Source of the DNA: Mytilus trossulus
Taxonomy: Eukaryota
NCBI RefSeq assembly: GCF_036588685.1
Contig: NC_086375.1
Coordinates: 23,560,001-23,624,000, forward strand
Length of the DNA stretch: 64,000 nt
Direction: 5' to 3'
A program made the position numbers and the translations under genes. The notes beneath the pieces were generated by a model. The model made no database searches. It saw only the letters and a program-made list of their open reading frames with translations, and was not told where the DNA came from. Positions 1 to 11,600 of this stretch are shown one piece after another. How positions within the stretch are numbered: position 1 is the first letter of the stretch; each line of letters opens with the position of its first letter.

Positions 1-744
1 TAATCCTCCTTTGATTTTTTAACTGGGTTTTTAGATTTAATTGGTAACCAAGAATTTAACCATCCTTACAGTTTTTTGTTTGAGTTTTAATTTAACTTTT
101 TATCTTCTTAGTCTGGTGAGGATTGATTTTATTTGTAAACTAAATATTTAACATAAGCAGAAAAAAATTGTTTAATACATTTAAGGAAGAATTAACAGAA
201 AATATTTGTGGAGCCTTTTTATTACTATTTTTGTTTTGCACCATTGTATTGTCAAAGCATTACTTCTTAAACTTTTCATCTTTAAAATTACAACAAAGAC
301 CATGTAGAAATATTCAGGAAAGTGATGGAACTTCAACTTGAATATGATGGTATTTCCCAAGTTTTACCAGAGCAAGACATGTATTAGGTTCAGTCTTTGT
401 CCGTTTTAAGATCACTCTGGTAAAAGATCTAAATAGAATTGATCACTTTCAAGAATATTTGTGTATGCTAGAAGTCTTGACTGAAATATGACTTATTTTG
501 TCATCAGTATTCTGATTTTGCATGAAGGATGTTAACACTGAAAATTAATGTGGCATGCCTTAGAACCTAACAGCACATGTTAATACAGACACTTTGCATT
601 GGTCGGTACACTGCATGATGTTTTATTGTGTTTTGTTTTTTTTATAAAATTGGAAAACAATGATGTACTGTTTGTATAAACTTATTTATCTTCATTTTGG
701 AATAGAACATTATGAATAATAATTACTCATCTATTTTCTAACAG

Positions 745-3700
745 CTCAAGTCCCAGATGAGCACCATGTACCAGGTGATCGGTCAGCAAGTCCAGAAGGG
801 CGAGCACGTAGTATTTCACCTTTATCTTCCCACAGAGAATCGACAGAAATCAAGGAGGAAGATATGGACAGACTAAATCAAATGTCCCAAGTAGGATCAG
901 AGTCACCACAATTTTCAAAAGAAAGCCCTCGACCTTCACCAAGGAATTCTAAAGAAAGTCCCCGCCCCTCACCACGTCCAAGGAATGTTAGTGGACATAG
1001 TCAAGGATCAGGTAATTTGATTCATTTTAATTTCAAAATAATTTTTGTGCCTTATTTTAAAAGTCAAAGACCAGATTAAATGTAAAGCATGTGACAAATA
1101 ATTTTTATAGTACTTCAATGACCTTATTACATCTAAAAAAAAAAACACAATCATATGTAATTTATTTTTTAATTGAACAAAAAATTACAATATAACTTCA
1201 TTTGTTATTATTGCATTGGACTATGAGTGCGGCTTAAATGGTCACCCAAGTCGTGTAGATTAAATCATATACTGACTTGCTTGGTCAATAACTATAGCAG
1301 AAATTCTTAATATCTCTAATAATGCATTGATTTTGAATTATAGAGGGTGACGACCATGTGACAGCTCTTCCAGAATTAGACAGAGTTAACGGAGATGGTG
1401 AGTTGATATTATACCCTACTGTAGATGCTATATTTTTTAGTGTGGTTTGAAAAAAGGAGATTAAGGTGATATGTTGTTGAAACAGCAATCTGACAGAACA
1501 AAATTTCAAATGACAAAGAGGCTCTTGAGTATTTCTGGTTTAGAACATGCTTTACTATGCCATCAAAGTGTTATCAAGTTTTCATGCAACTAGTAAAGTT
1601 AAATTTGCCTCAATATTTCTATTTAGCTTAATTTGACATTGCATAATGAAAGCTATCCCTATTGCTCAGACTTGTCAAAATAAACAGAAGATGAGTTTAT
1701 ATGAGTTAAGTAAAATTATTTTAAGAAACTGCTGTAACCAGTTTGCTTTTAGAGGTACTTCCATTTAACAGGAATCTTCATTCCAAATTTTTATAAGCAT
1801 TTTTTACATGCTTCAAACCATCAAAAATTTTTTAAAATGATTTTTTTTTCTATTTCAGATCATCCACAAGAAGAAGATTCTGTAAAAGTAAGTTCAATTA
1901 TATATGTTTTTATTAAGTTAAAGTTCAAACAGCACATCATCAGCACGGCTATTGACAACATGCAAATAGATATCAGATCTTTTATTTTTATAATTAATCT
2001 TCATAATGGAGATTAATTTAGACTCTGTTTTAGTATTAGATACTATCCTTTTATTTATGCATGATTTTAAATGTTTAAAGTCAGTGTGACTATTTTTACA
2101 GTGATACTCCATAACTTATAAGAGTGTTGATGAACAGTTTTTTTTTTTGCTGAGTGAATATTTGCAATTTTTGTGACAAAAAAGCAAAATCCATGACAAA
2201 TTCTACATTTACTCAAACTGTACATTTACCAAGAATTCTTAATTATTTACAGGTCATTTAAAGGTCAGATAAGAGTTGAATTCAGTTGATTAATATAGTT
2301 CTTATACGACCGCAAAAATTAAAAAAAAATTTTGGTTGTATATTGGTATCATGTTGGCGTCGTTGTCGTTGTCGTCCGAATACTTTTAGTTTTCGCACTT
2401 TAACTTTAGTAAAAGTGAATAGAAATCTATGAAATTTTAACACAAGGTTTATGACCACAAAAGGAAGGTTGGGATTGATTTTTGGAGTTTTGGTCCCAAC
2501 ATTTTAGGAATAAGGAGCCATAAAGGGCCCAAATTAGCATTCTCTTGGTTTTCGCACTTTAACTTTAGTTTAAGTAAATAGAAATCTATGAAATTTTGAC
2601 ACAAGGTTTATGACCACAAAAGGAAGGTTGGGATTGATTTGGGGAGTTTTGGTTTCAACAGTTTTTGGAATTAGGGGCCAAAAAAGGGCCCAAACAAGCA
2701 TTATTCTTGGTTTTTGCACCATAACTTTAGTATCAGTAAATAGAAATCTATGAAGGTTGGGATTGATTTTTGGAGTTTTGGTCCCAACAGTTTAGGAATT
2801 AGGGGCCCAAAGGGTCCAAAATTAAACTTTGTTTGATTTTAACAAAAGTTGAATACTTGGGATTCTTTGATATGCTGAATCTAAAAATGTACTTAGATTT
2901 TTTATTATTGGCCCAAATTTCAAGTTGGTTCAAATCGGGGTCCAAAATTAAACTTTGTTTGATTTCATCAAAAATTGAATAATTGGGGTTCTTTGATATG
3001 CGAAATCTAACTGTGTATGTAGATTCTTAATTTATGGATCCTTTTTCAAATTGGTCTACATTAAAGTTCAAAGTGTCCAAAATTAAACTTACTTTGATTT
3101 TAACAAAAATTGAATTCTTGGGCTTCTTTGATATGCTGAATCTAAACATGTACTTAGATTTTTGATAATGGGCCCAGTTTTTAAGTTGGTCTAAATCAGG
3201 ATCCAAAATTATTATATTAAGTATTGTGCAATAGCAAGAAATGTTCAATTGCACAGTACTCAGCAATAGCAAGAAATCTTCAATTGCACAGTATTGTGCA
3301 ATAGCAAGAAATTTTCAATTGCACAGTATTTCGCAATAGCAAGAAATCTTCAATTGCACAGTATTGTGCAATAGCAAGTATTTTCAATTGCACAGTATTG
3401 GGCAATAGCAAGAAATATCTAATTGCACAATATTGTGCAATAGAAAGAAATTTCAATTGGAGTTATCTTTCTTTGTCCAGAATAGCAGTTGAATCAATAT
3501 AAATCATTGTTTTATACAATAAACAATATATATTCACTTTTACTACCAACTGATAAATTAAAACAATCCTTACCATTCAGTGATAACATGCACTTTTTTT
3601 ACATTTTAATATTGTATGATGTATTTAAATGAGTAGTTATTGTTGCAAACTCCATTAGAAATTTGAATTGAGATCGGTTTTGAAATAAAGGAAAGGGAGA

Positions 3701-5433
3701 TGTGAAGAAAAAAAATTAGGGGGGGGGGTCAATTTTTTTTCATTACAGATTTCATAAATAGAAAGAAAATTTCTTCAAACATTTTTTTTGAGAGGATTAA
3801 TATTCAACAGCATAGTGAATTGCTCAAAGGCAAAATAAAAATTTTAAGTTCATTAGACCACATTCATTCTGTGTCAGAAACATATGCTGTGTCAACTATT
3901 TTATCACAATCCAAATTTAGAGCTGAATCCAGCTTGAATGTTGTGTCCATACTTGCCCCAACCATTCAGGGTTCAACCTCTGCGGTCGTATAAAGCTGAG
4001 CCCTGCGGAGCATCTGGTTGTTTCTGATCTGACTTAAGAGTGAAGTTTTCTATTAAAAAAATGTTTCTTAACATGAATCTTACCAAAATTGTTCTACTCA
4101 TAAGCTTAAAATTAATGTAACAAAAAATTTTATCAGTGTGTGGGCTTTGGAAAGTTGATATTGTTTTATCTTTTTTTATGCCAGATTTATGAGCATTATG
4201 TTTTCTGGTCTGTGCGTACATTTATTCATCTGTCCCACTTCAGGTTTAAAATTTTGGTCAAGTTCTTAATAAAGTTGAATTCCAATCAACTTGAAATCAA
4301 CACATGTTCCCTAAGGTATGATCTTTTAAATTTTAATGCCAAATCAGAGATTTTTTCCCCATTTCCACGGTCCACTGAACATAGAAAATGATAGTGCGAA
4401 TGGGGCATCATGTACTAGGGACACATTCTTGTTTAATTCACATAGAATGAAAAAGATCTGTTTAAAATTAGATTAAAGTTTATTAAAATAAACAGAATGA
4501 TTTATCAATAAAAAGCAGATATTTTGACATGGATTTCTAAAATAAAGGGAAATTATAAATAATTAAATATTATTGTAGTGGTCAAAACTTCTACTTTTGG
4601 TAAGTGAAACAAAGGTGAAGGATTCCAAAAATACTCTTAAATCCAAAGCTATTTTATTTAAGATAAAACCATTAAACCATTTTAAGACTATTTTATTTCA
4701 GATTAAACCATTAAACCATGTTTTAAGAAATTAAAGGGTTACAAAAAGATTCAAATATTGTATGCATTTATAACAATCCTATTTATTTTGAAACCTAACC
4801 AATTTGTCCTTCTGTGGAAATGCATGCTGCTTTTTGTACTTATTGTATCGAATATATCATATCAAATTTCATCAGCTTACAATTCTTTTAAAAGATCCTG
4901 TAACAACTTAGAAAATAATTGGCCCCTCAAAAAAGTAGCGTTGTAGAAAAAAAATTAAAACAAGCTATCTCTTTGATTTTTAATTTGATATGTCTTGGAA
5001 AACTTGACCTGGATCTTATTAATTTAAAAACCTTATTTTAGGTTTTCTTATTTGTTGGTTTGAACCATGATTTCTTTGTAAGATTACGTTTTTTTTTACA
5101 GCTTATAATGTGAATATGATAGCTTGTAAACATATGTAAATTTGATTTCTTGCACCATGGATATGGTAAATAAGAAGGTTTAATTTAATGATTTCAATAT
5201 AATTTTAGTTTCGACAGAAGTCTTCACCTCGGGCAGAACGACCATTTTCTGAACCAAACATTCATCCTACAGATGATCATGATCATTTGAACGAGAAGGA
5301 AAAGAAACATAGAAGCATGTTTGGCTTTCTGAAAAAGAAGAAAGACAAAGATCACACGGAAGAACACAAGGAACACAAAGAACATAAAAAGGACAAAAAA
5401 CATAAAGACAGAAGACCTGATGCAACATTATAG
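745..5433 (+). CDS. 3' coding exons of an unidentified gene (Ser/Pro/Arg-rich tail, then Lys/His/Glu-rich C-terminus); 5' part lies upstream of the window
   Basis: Exons 745-1011, 1344-1397, 1859-1887, 5209-5433 have AG/GT boundaries with matching phases (1,1,0). They give ...QVPDEHHVPGDRSASPEGR...SPRPSPRNSKESPRPSPRPR...EGDDHVTALPELDRVNGD DHPQEEDSVK FRQKSSPRAERPFSEP...KHRSMFGFLKKKKDKDH...RRPDATL*. No recognisable domain. Confidence 0.8.
2302..4019 (+). mobile_element. Helentron-associated non-autonomous element (HINE-like), family A
   Basis: Subterminal inverted repeats TTATACGACCGCA (2302) / TGCGGTCGTATAA (3981), 5' GTC-type microsatellite, internal degenerate ~130-bp repeats, short 3' hairpin, T-rich flanks, no TSD. 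Confidence 0.75.
3220..3458 (+). repeat. ~35-bp tandem repeat (~7 copies) inside HINE family A
   Basis: Unit approximately AGTATTGTGCAATAGCAAGAAATTTTCAATTGCAC. Confidence 0.9.
4173..4433 (+). mobile_element. Short HINE-like element, family B
   Basis: TTTTATGCC...GCATTATGTTTTCTGGTCTGTGCGT...GGGGCATC...GACACATTCTTGTT. Related copies at ~17624-17876, ~20579-20800, ~26708-27690, 28001-28272 (-) and ~34044-34507. Confidence 0.7.
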
Positions 5434-7620
5434 AAAAACATTATAGCAACAATTGTCTTCCATAAATTCATTTAGAAAAAATGTAGTGGCTTCAGATGCA
5501 TTATGGGTATTTGAATGGCTTGAAATTCACAAAGGCTATTAAATGGCTAACAATACTTGTTAGATGTTAAAATGGCTTAGAATTCACAGTGGCTGTTTAA
5601 ATGGTTAAGAAAACCCTTTGGTTATTTTTGTAAATGACTTAAAATACAGATTGACCATTACGGTTACATTACTCTTCAAAATATTTATAGTATGTGGTTG
5701 TTTTCATCATTCACAGGGTTGAACTTTTTATGGTTAAAAATAACTTCCAGGATTTATAAAAAAGCCTCTCATTTATAGATATACTTAAATAAAAAAATGT
5801 GTTTATTTCATTTTTGAAGGGTAAAAGTTCGGGCTTTTAGACAAGTGTTTCATTCCATACATTTTTCGTAAACTTTCATATAAAAAGATTTCTTACATCT
5901 GGTCAGTAAAATATCATTTATTTCATTCATTCATGTATGAACATAATTTTGTTTAAATGAGAACCATTTTTATATAGGTTAAAACTTAGAATATTTTTTG
6001 TGTCACAAAAAGTCACAAAAAATATTATTGTTAATAATTTTCAAATTCTACAAACATGATATGATCTCAATTACAATTCAGGGCAAAACAGTTACAAGTT
6101 GTTCTTCAAATTTCTAAAATTTGTTAAAAATTCTGTTAGTTGTTTATGTATGAAACAGTTATATTGTTAAATATATGATTCAAGTTTGAGTCTGTAAATA
6201 AAGAAGTTTCTTTCCAATATGCACAAAAATGTTGACAACAACAAATGTGATAGCTGTTGTACTATATTAAGACACAATTTATAATTGTTATTATTGTTTG
6301 TTTTGTCTCACTGTCAGAATTCCATGACTGTATGCATAGTTGTGAACTGGCCAATCATATTGCACCATTTATTGAGAAGGTGATGTCATGAATATTCAGT
6401 AATCTTTCAACAAGAAAGAAATATTCATTTCTGTTGAGGATATGGTCTGAGAAATCTTCATAGCTATGTCTCCATTAAAATTTAAAATAACCAGATTTGT
6501 AATTTGAGTATAGGATGATATCATAATGTTCTGGAATATTTCTTATTAATATGGATCAATTCCAAATTTGTGCCCAATAAATGCATATCAATGCATGTAT
6601 ACAAGGTTTCATTTAACGCTAGTTAGTTCATGTAAATGTATGTATGAATTATGATAGTATATATATAGAAGTGCTCTGAAATATGCATATATATGTGTGT
6701 GTAAACGTATGTGTAACTTATGGACCAAGTGCTATAGCTAGCAAAGTAATAAAATTGTTGTTTTATGCAATATTAACTGTTACTGTATATTTTTTATATT
6801 TCTATTTTGTTTAGATAGTTAATGTTTATATATAGATTTTTTTTATAAACTTTATAAATATATATGCAAACTATGGGACCAGTTCAGTTTCGATTGTATT
6901 TTGTACAAGGGACCAGCTTTGTTTATTTTTAGTGTGAAAAGATCTGATGTTCAAATAAATACTCCTTTCTTGAAAGCTATTTGTGTAAAAATTCCAACAG
7001 AATCTTGATTGAAAAAAAATTATTATCAAAGAATCTTAAAAATAAAAGCAGATCTTAAATGCTTCTACAGTGGGACCAAACAAGGATAATTTCTGAGGTT
7101 TAGAGTGGCATTTATATCAATTTTAATTTAACCTTTAGATTTTCTTTAGTTTTGGATTTATTACTATTGAAATCTTCTATATTTATTCTAAAGTGACGAA
7201 TCCTTCAAATTGTTTTGAAATTCCACAATATTGCAATACTCATGTATTTATAAACGTATAGGTATTTTGACATTATATAGGAATTCCAACTATTGTTAGG
7301 TGGTAGCACAAAGTGGGTATTCTTTCAATTTATTGTCTTGTTGACTTAGTCATCTGAAATCTGCTGTCATAGTCGCAGAAAACCAGGTGGCATCTTTACC
7401 TATTTTTGCACCCGCTTGGCAAAAGTAATTTCTTTATATTATACACAGAGAAAGGTTGTGATTAGGCTATTTATAGATGTGTACAAAATATATGCTTATT
7501 TAACAGATGCCAAATACATTGTACAAGGTTTAACATATCATCAGTATTTGTTCATATATATATATATGCTGGTAAATATAATTTTTTCATGAGGAAAAAA
7601 ATAAAATAAATAAATTGATA
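5434..7620 (+). other. Probable long 3' UTR of the upstream gene
   Basis: Repeat-free AT-rich sequence after the stop at 5433, ending near clustered AATAAA hexamers at ~7600-7615. The end point is inferred. Confidence 0.5.
6722..7080 (+). promoter_or_regulatory. Cluster of candidate miR-133 target sites
   Basis: GGACCAA 6722-6728, GGGACCA 6875-6881 and 6909-6915, GGGACCAAA 7072-7080; all complementary to the 5' end of miR-133, (U)UUGGUCCC. Confidence 0.55.
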
Positions 7621-8296
7621 TAAAAATAGTCATGTGTTTTAAGTTCTTTAGTCAAATACATGAGTCATTGTATTTGACTGGTAGATTTTTATTAAGTGAA
7701 TGAGTAAGCATTGGGTTGTTGACAGTTTTCTGCTCTTTGGTTGGGTTGTTGTTGAAACATTTTCACTGATTTAACCTTGGTTGCTGTCTTCTTAAGATTT
7801 TTGCATTCTGTTACCAAAGGCAAGATGTTAGTGTATGAATTGTTTTGTCTTCTGTCAAGACTTTTAGGTATACATGATAGTCTGATAATAGTCATTTTTA
7901 GTTCGTCACTTATTTTCAAGAAAGAAATTCTATGCAAATAAGATATATATTGTTGTGTCCACACTTGTTTTTACAGCATTGCAGGGATGAAAAAACCATA
8001 AGTCCTTTATTAATAAAAAAAAACAGTTTGAATTTCAAAGTTTGATATTTCATTATTTTTTTTATTTTATAAATGCTGACAGAAATATGGTTGATATTTT
8101 ATAGTGTCAACTGAAAATAGTACCTCTAACATGATTTATAAGTTGAAGCAAAGTCTGGGTAGGGATGCATATTCCTTGTTGGCTTTCATTTAAAATCCCT
8201 CTTAGCATGTCAGGCTTTTACATAGCAGGATATCTCCATCCTTCATTGATTTGTTATTGTCCTGAATATGCATGTAATAATGGTTGCTGGACTTAA

Positions 8297-8375
8297 ATCA
8301 TTCTATGAGACATGCTAAAAAAATCATTCTATGAGACATGCTAAAAAAATCATTCTATGAGACATGCTAAAAATC
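8297..8375. repeat. Short tandem triplication downstream of the asparaginase stop
   Basis: AATCATTCTATGAGACATGCTAAAAA(A) three times. Confidence 0.85.
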
Positions 8376-8605
8376 ACACAAAAAAGCATGTTCAAAAGGT
8401 CAACATATGGTGTTCAACATTACTGTTTGGTTATTCTGGTGGTCCTGCATATGTATTGCAGAGCAAGCCAATGCAAGTAGAGAGGACATTTCTAATGGTT
8501 ATAAAGTCCAAGCCCTTTTGCTTTTTTTTTTGCATTGTTCTTGCAACTAAACATTTTAAACTTTAGATATAAAAACAAAGAAACTCAAAGACTTGATTAA
8601 GACTA

Positions 8606-11600
8606 TTATTTATTGGTAAAAAGAAAGGTTTCTTCATTTCTAGTTATTTTATTCCATTCATTAATCTCGCCATTCATAACTATAAAAACTCCATGTTTAT
8701 CCAAAACCTGTAATGCTCCAATAGCAAAGCCCACATTAAAATCAGCATCACTGTCTTTAAAGGCCTCGGGTAGAAAAGCTCCAGTCAGAACCACAGTTTT
8801 ATCTAGCTGATGTTCTGCCAAGAATGCTCCTGTTTCTATCATTGTGTCTGTTCCATGGGTGATCAAAATTTTCTTGTGTATTGACTGTTTACAAGCATTC
8901 AGTATTTTCTGCCTGAAATAGTGACAATGATTAAATTTAGACATATTTAAGGCTTTCAAATTTGCAAACAATTCACACATTGTTATAAAAGTTAATATGC
9001 AAATGATATGCATGACTTATTTTATACCCCGGCTTTAAAAAAGGGGGGGGTATACTGTTTTACCTCTGTCCGTCCGTCAGTCCGTACGTCCGTCCGTCAG
9101 TCAGTCCGTCCCATGAATATTTTTTGTTGCATTTTTCTCAGGAACTACAATACAAGGATTTCTGAAATTTGGTTTCAGGGTTTATCTAAGTGAGCTATAC
9201 CGTGTGATGCATTTTCAGATTGATCACACTTGACAACTTCCTGTTTACCGAACACTTGTATGATTTTACACATGATAGCCAAGTTGAAAATTTTCGTCAC
9301 ATTTTTCTCAGGTACTACAATACAAGGATTTCTGAAATTTGGTTTCAGGATTTATATAAGTCAGCTTTACCATGTGATGCGTTTTCAGATTCATCACTCG
9401 ACAACTTCCTGTTTATGGAACACTTGTATGATTTTACACATGATAGCCAAGTTGAAAATTTTCATCACATTTTTCTCAGGAACTACAATACAAGGATTTC
9501 TGAAATTTGGTTTCAGGATTTATATAAATCAGCAATACCGTGCGATGCGTTTTCAGATTCATCACTCGACAACTTCCTGTTTACGGAACACTTGCATATT
9601 TTTACACTATTAATATTATCCACTTGCGGCGGGAGTATCATCAGTGAGCAGTAGCTCGCAGTTTCACTTGTTTCATATGTACCTATCATACATTAACCTT
9701 GATAATAAGGAAGTATTTGCCACTGGACATTCAGGCAACACTATACCCTACATTGACCTAGGTCTTTAGAAAGTATTTGCAACTGGACATTCAGGAAACA
9801 ATAAATCAATATACCCTACATTGACCTGAAAATAAACATGAAGAATTTGGCAATGAACATTAAAAAAATACTGACCAATTTACCTGAAAATGCATGAATT
9901 ATTTGCCACCTGACAATAAGGGGTCAATAAATCAATTACCTCACACTAACTTGAAGTATACATAAAGTATCTGACACCAAACTTTCGGGAAACAATGAAC
10001 AATCTACCCCTGTTGATTATAATATGCATGAAGTATTGGTCACTGGATATCAGGGAAATAATCAATCAATTTACCCACATCGATTCAAATATGTATGAAT
10101 AGTTTGCCACTGGACATTAGGGAAACAATAAACGGATAATACACATCAATTCAAATATGCATGAAGTATTTGTCATTGGACATTTGGGAAGCAATAAACC
10201 AATCTACCACCACTGACTTAAATATGCATGAAGTATTTGCAACTAGACATTAGGGTGACTATAAATGTATATATCTACCCTACAACTACTTGAGTATGGT
10301 AATGCATGAAGTATTTTCCACTGGACTGGAAGTAAAACTAGAGGCTCTAAAGAGCCTGTGTCGCTCACCTTGGTCTATGTGAATATTAAACAAAGGAAGC
10401 AGATGGATTCATGACAAAATTGTGTTTTGGTGATGGTGATATGTTTGTACATCTTACTTTACTGAACATTCTTGCTGCTTACAATTATCACTATCTATAA
10501 TGAACTTGGCCCAGCCGTTTCTGTGGAAAATGTTACCGGTAGTAAAAATTTACAAATTTTATGAAAATTGTTTAAAATTGACTATAAAGGACAATAACTC
10601 CTTAGGGGGTCAATTGACCATTTTGGTCATGTTGACTTATTTGTAAATCTTACTTTGCTGAACATTATTGCTGTTTACAGTTTATCTCTATCTATAATAA
10701 TATTCAAGATAATAACCAAAAACAGCAAAATTTCCTTAAAATTACCAATTCAGGAACAGCAACCCAACAACGGGTTCTCTGATTCATCTGAAAATTTCCG
10801 TGTCAGATTTGCTCTAAATGCTTTGGTTTTTGAGTTATAAGCCAAAAACTGTGTTTAACCTCTATGTTCTATTTTTAGCCATGGCGGCCATCTTGGTTGG
10901 TCTGGGGGGTCACGCCACACATTTTTTAAACAAGATACCCCAAAGATGATTGTAGCCAAGTTTGGATTAATTTGGCCCAGCAGTTTCAGAGAAGAAGAAT
11001 TTTGTAAAAGATATATAAAATTTATGAAAAATGGTTAAAAATTGACTTAAAAGGGCAATAACTCCTAAAGGGGTCAACTGACCATTTTAGTCGTGTTGAC
11101 TTATTTGTAAATCTAACTTTGCTGAACATAATTGCTGTTTACAGTTTATCTCTATCTATAATAATATTCAAGATAATAACCAAAAACAGCAAAATTTCCT
11201 TAAAATTACCAATTCAGGAACAGCAACCCAACAACGGGTTGTCCGATTCATCTGAAAATTTCAGGGCAGATAGATCTTGACCTTACAACCAATTTTACTT
11301 CACGTCAGATTTGCTCTGAATGCTTTGGTTTTTGAATTATAAGTAAAAAACTGCGTTTTACCCTTATGTTCTATTTTTAGCCATGGCGGCCATCTTGGTT
11401 TGTTTGGCGGGTCACGCCACACATTTTATAAACTAAATACCCCAATGATGATTGTGGCCAAGTTTGGTTTAATTTGGCCCAGCAGTTTCAGAGGAGAAGA
11501 TTTTTGTTAAAGATATATAAAATTCACGAAAAATGGTTAAAAATTGACTTAAAAGGGCAATAACTCCTAAAGGGGTCAACTGACCATTTTGGTCATGTTG

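Noticed and set aside
308-349. Possible extra phase 1-1 exon (IFRKVMELQLEYD) of the first gene
   Set aside because: In phase, but the acceptor has a poor pyrimidine tract and the donor is weak; cannot be supported without transcripts.
1888-1992. Open read-through past the donor at 1887 giving an alternative C-terminus
   Set aside because: Only ~34 codons of intron-like composition after a consensus GTAAGT donor; compatible with chance.
3220-3458. 35-bp repeats that superficially resemble a CRISPR array
   Set aside because: Head-to-tail units with no unique spacers, no cas genes, eukaryotic context.
5419-5433. C-terminal DATL as a PDZ ligand, given the neighbouring CRIPT
   Set aside because: Lacks Ser/Thr at position -2, and adjacency does not imply a functional link.
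8913-9013. N-terminal 33 codons of the 135-aa asparaginase ORF in the track
   Set aside because: Intronic read-through; the real N-terminus with TGGTI is in two upstream exons.
9220-9654. Repetitive ORFs of 127-144 aa (also 55988, 56095, 58698, 60293, 60343)
   Set aside because: They are translations of the 168-bp HINE core in two overlapping frames; no evidence of a protein gene.
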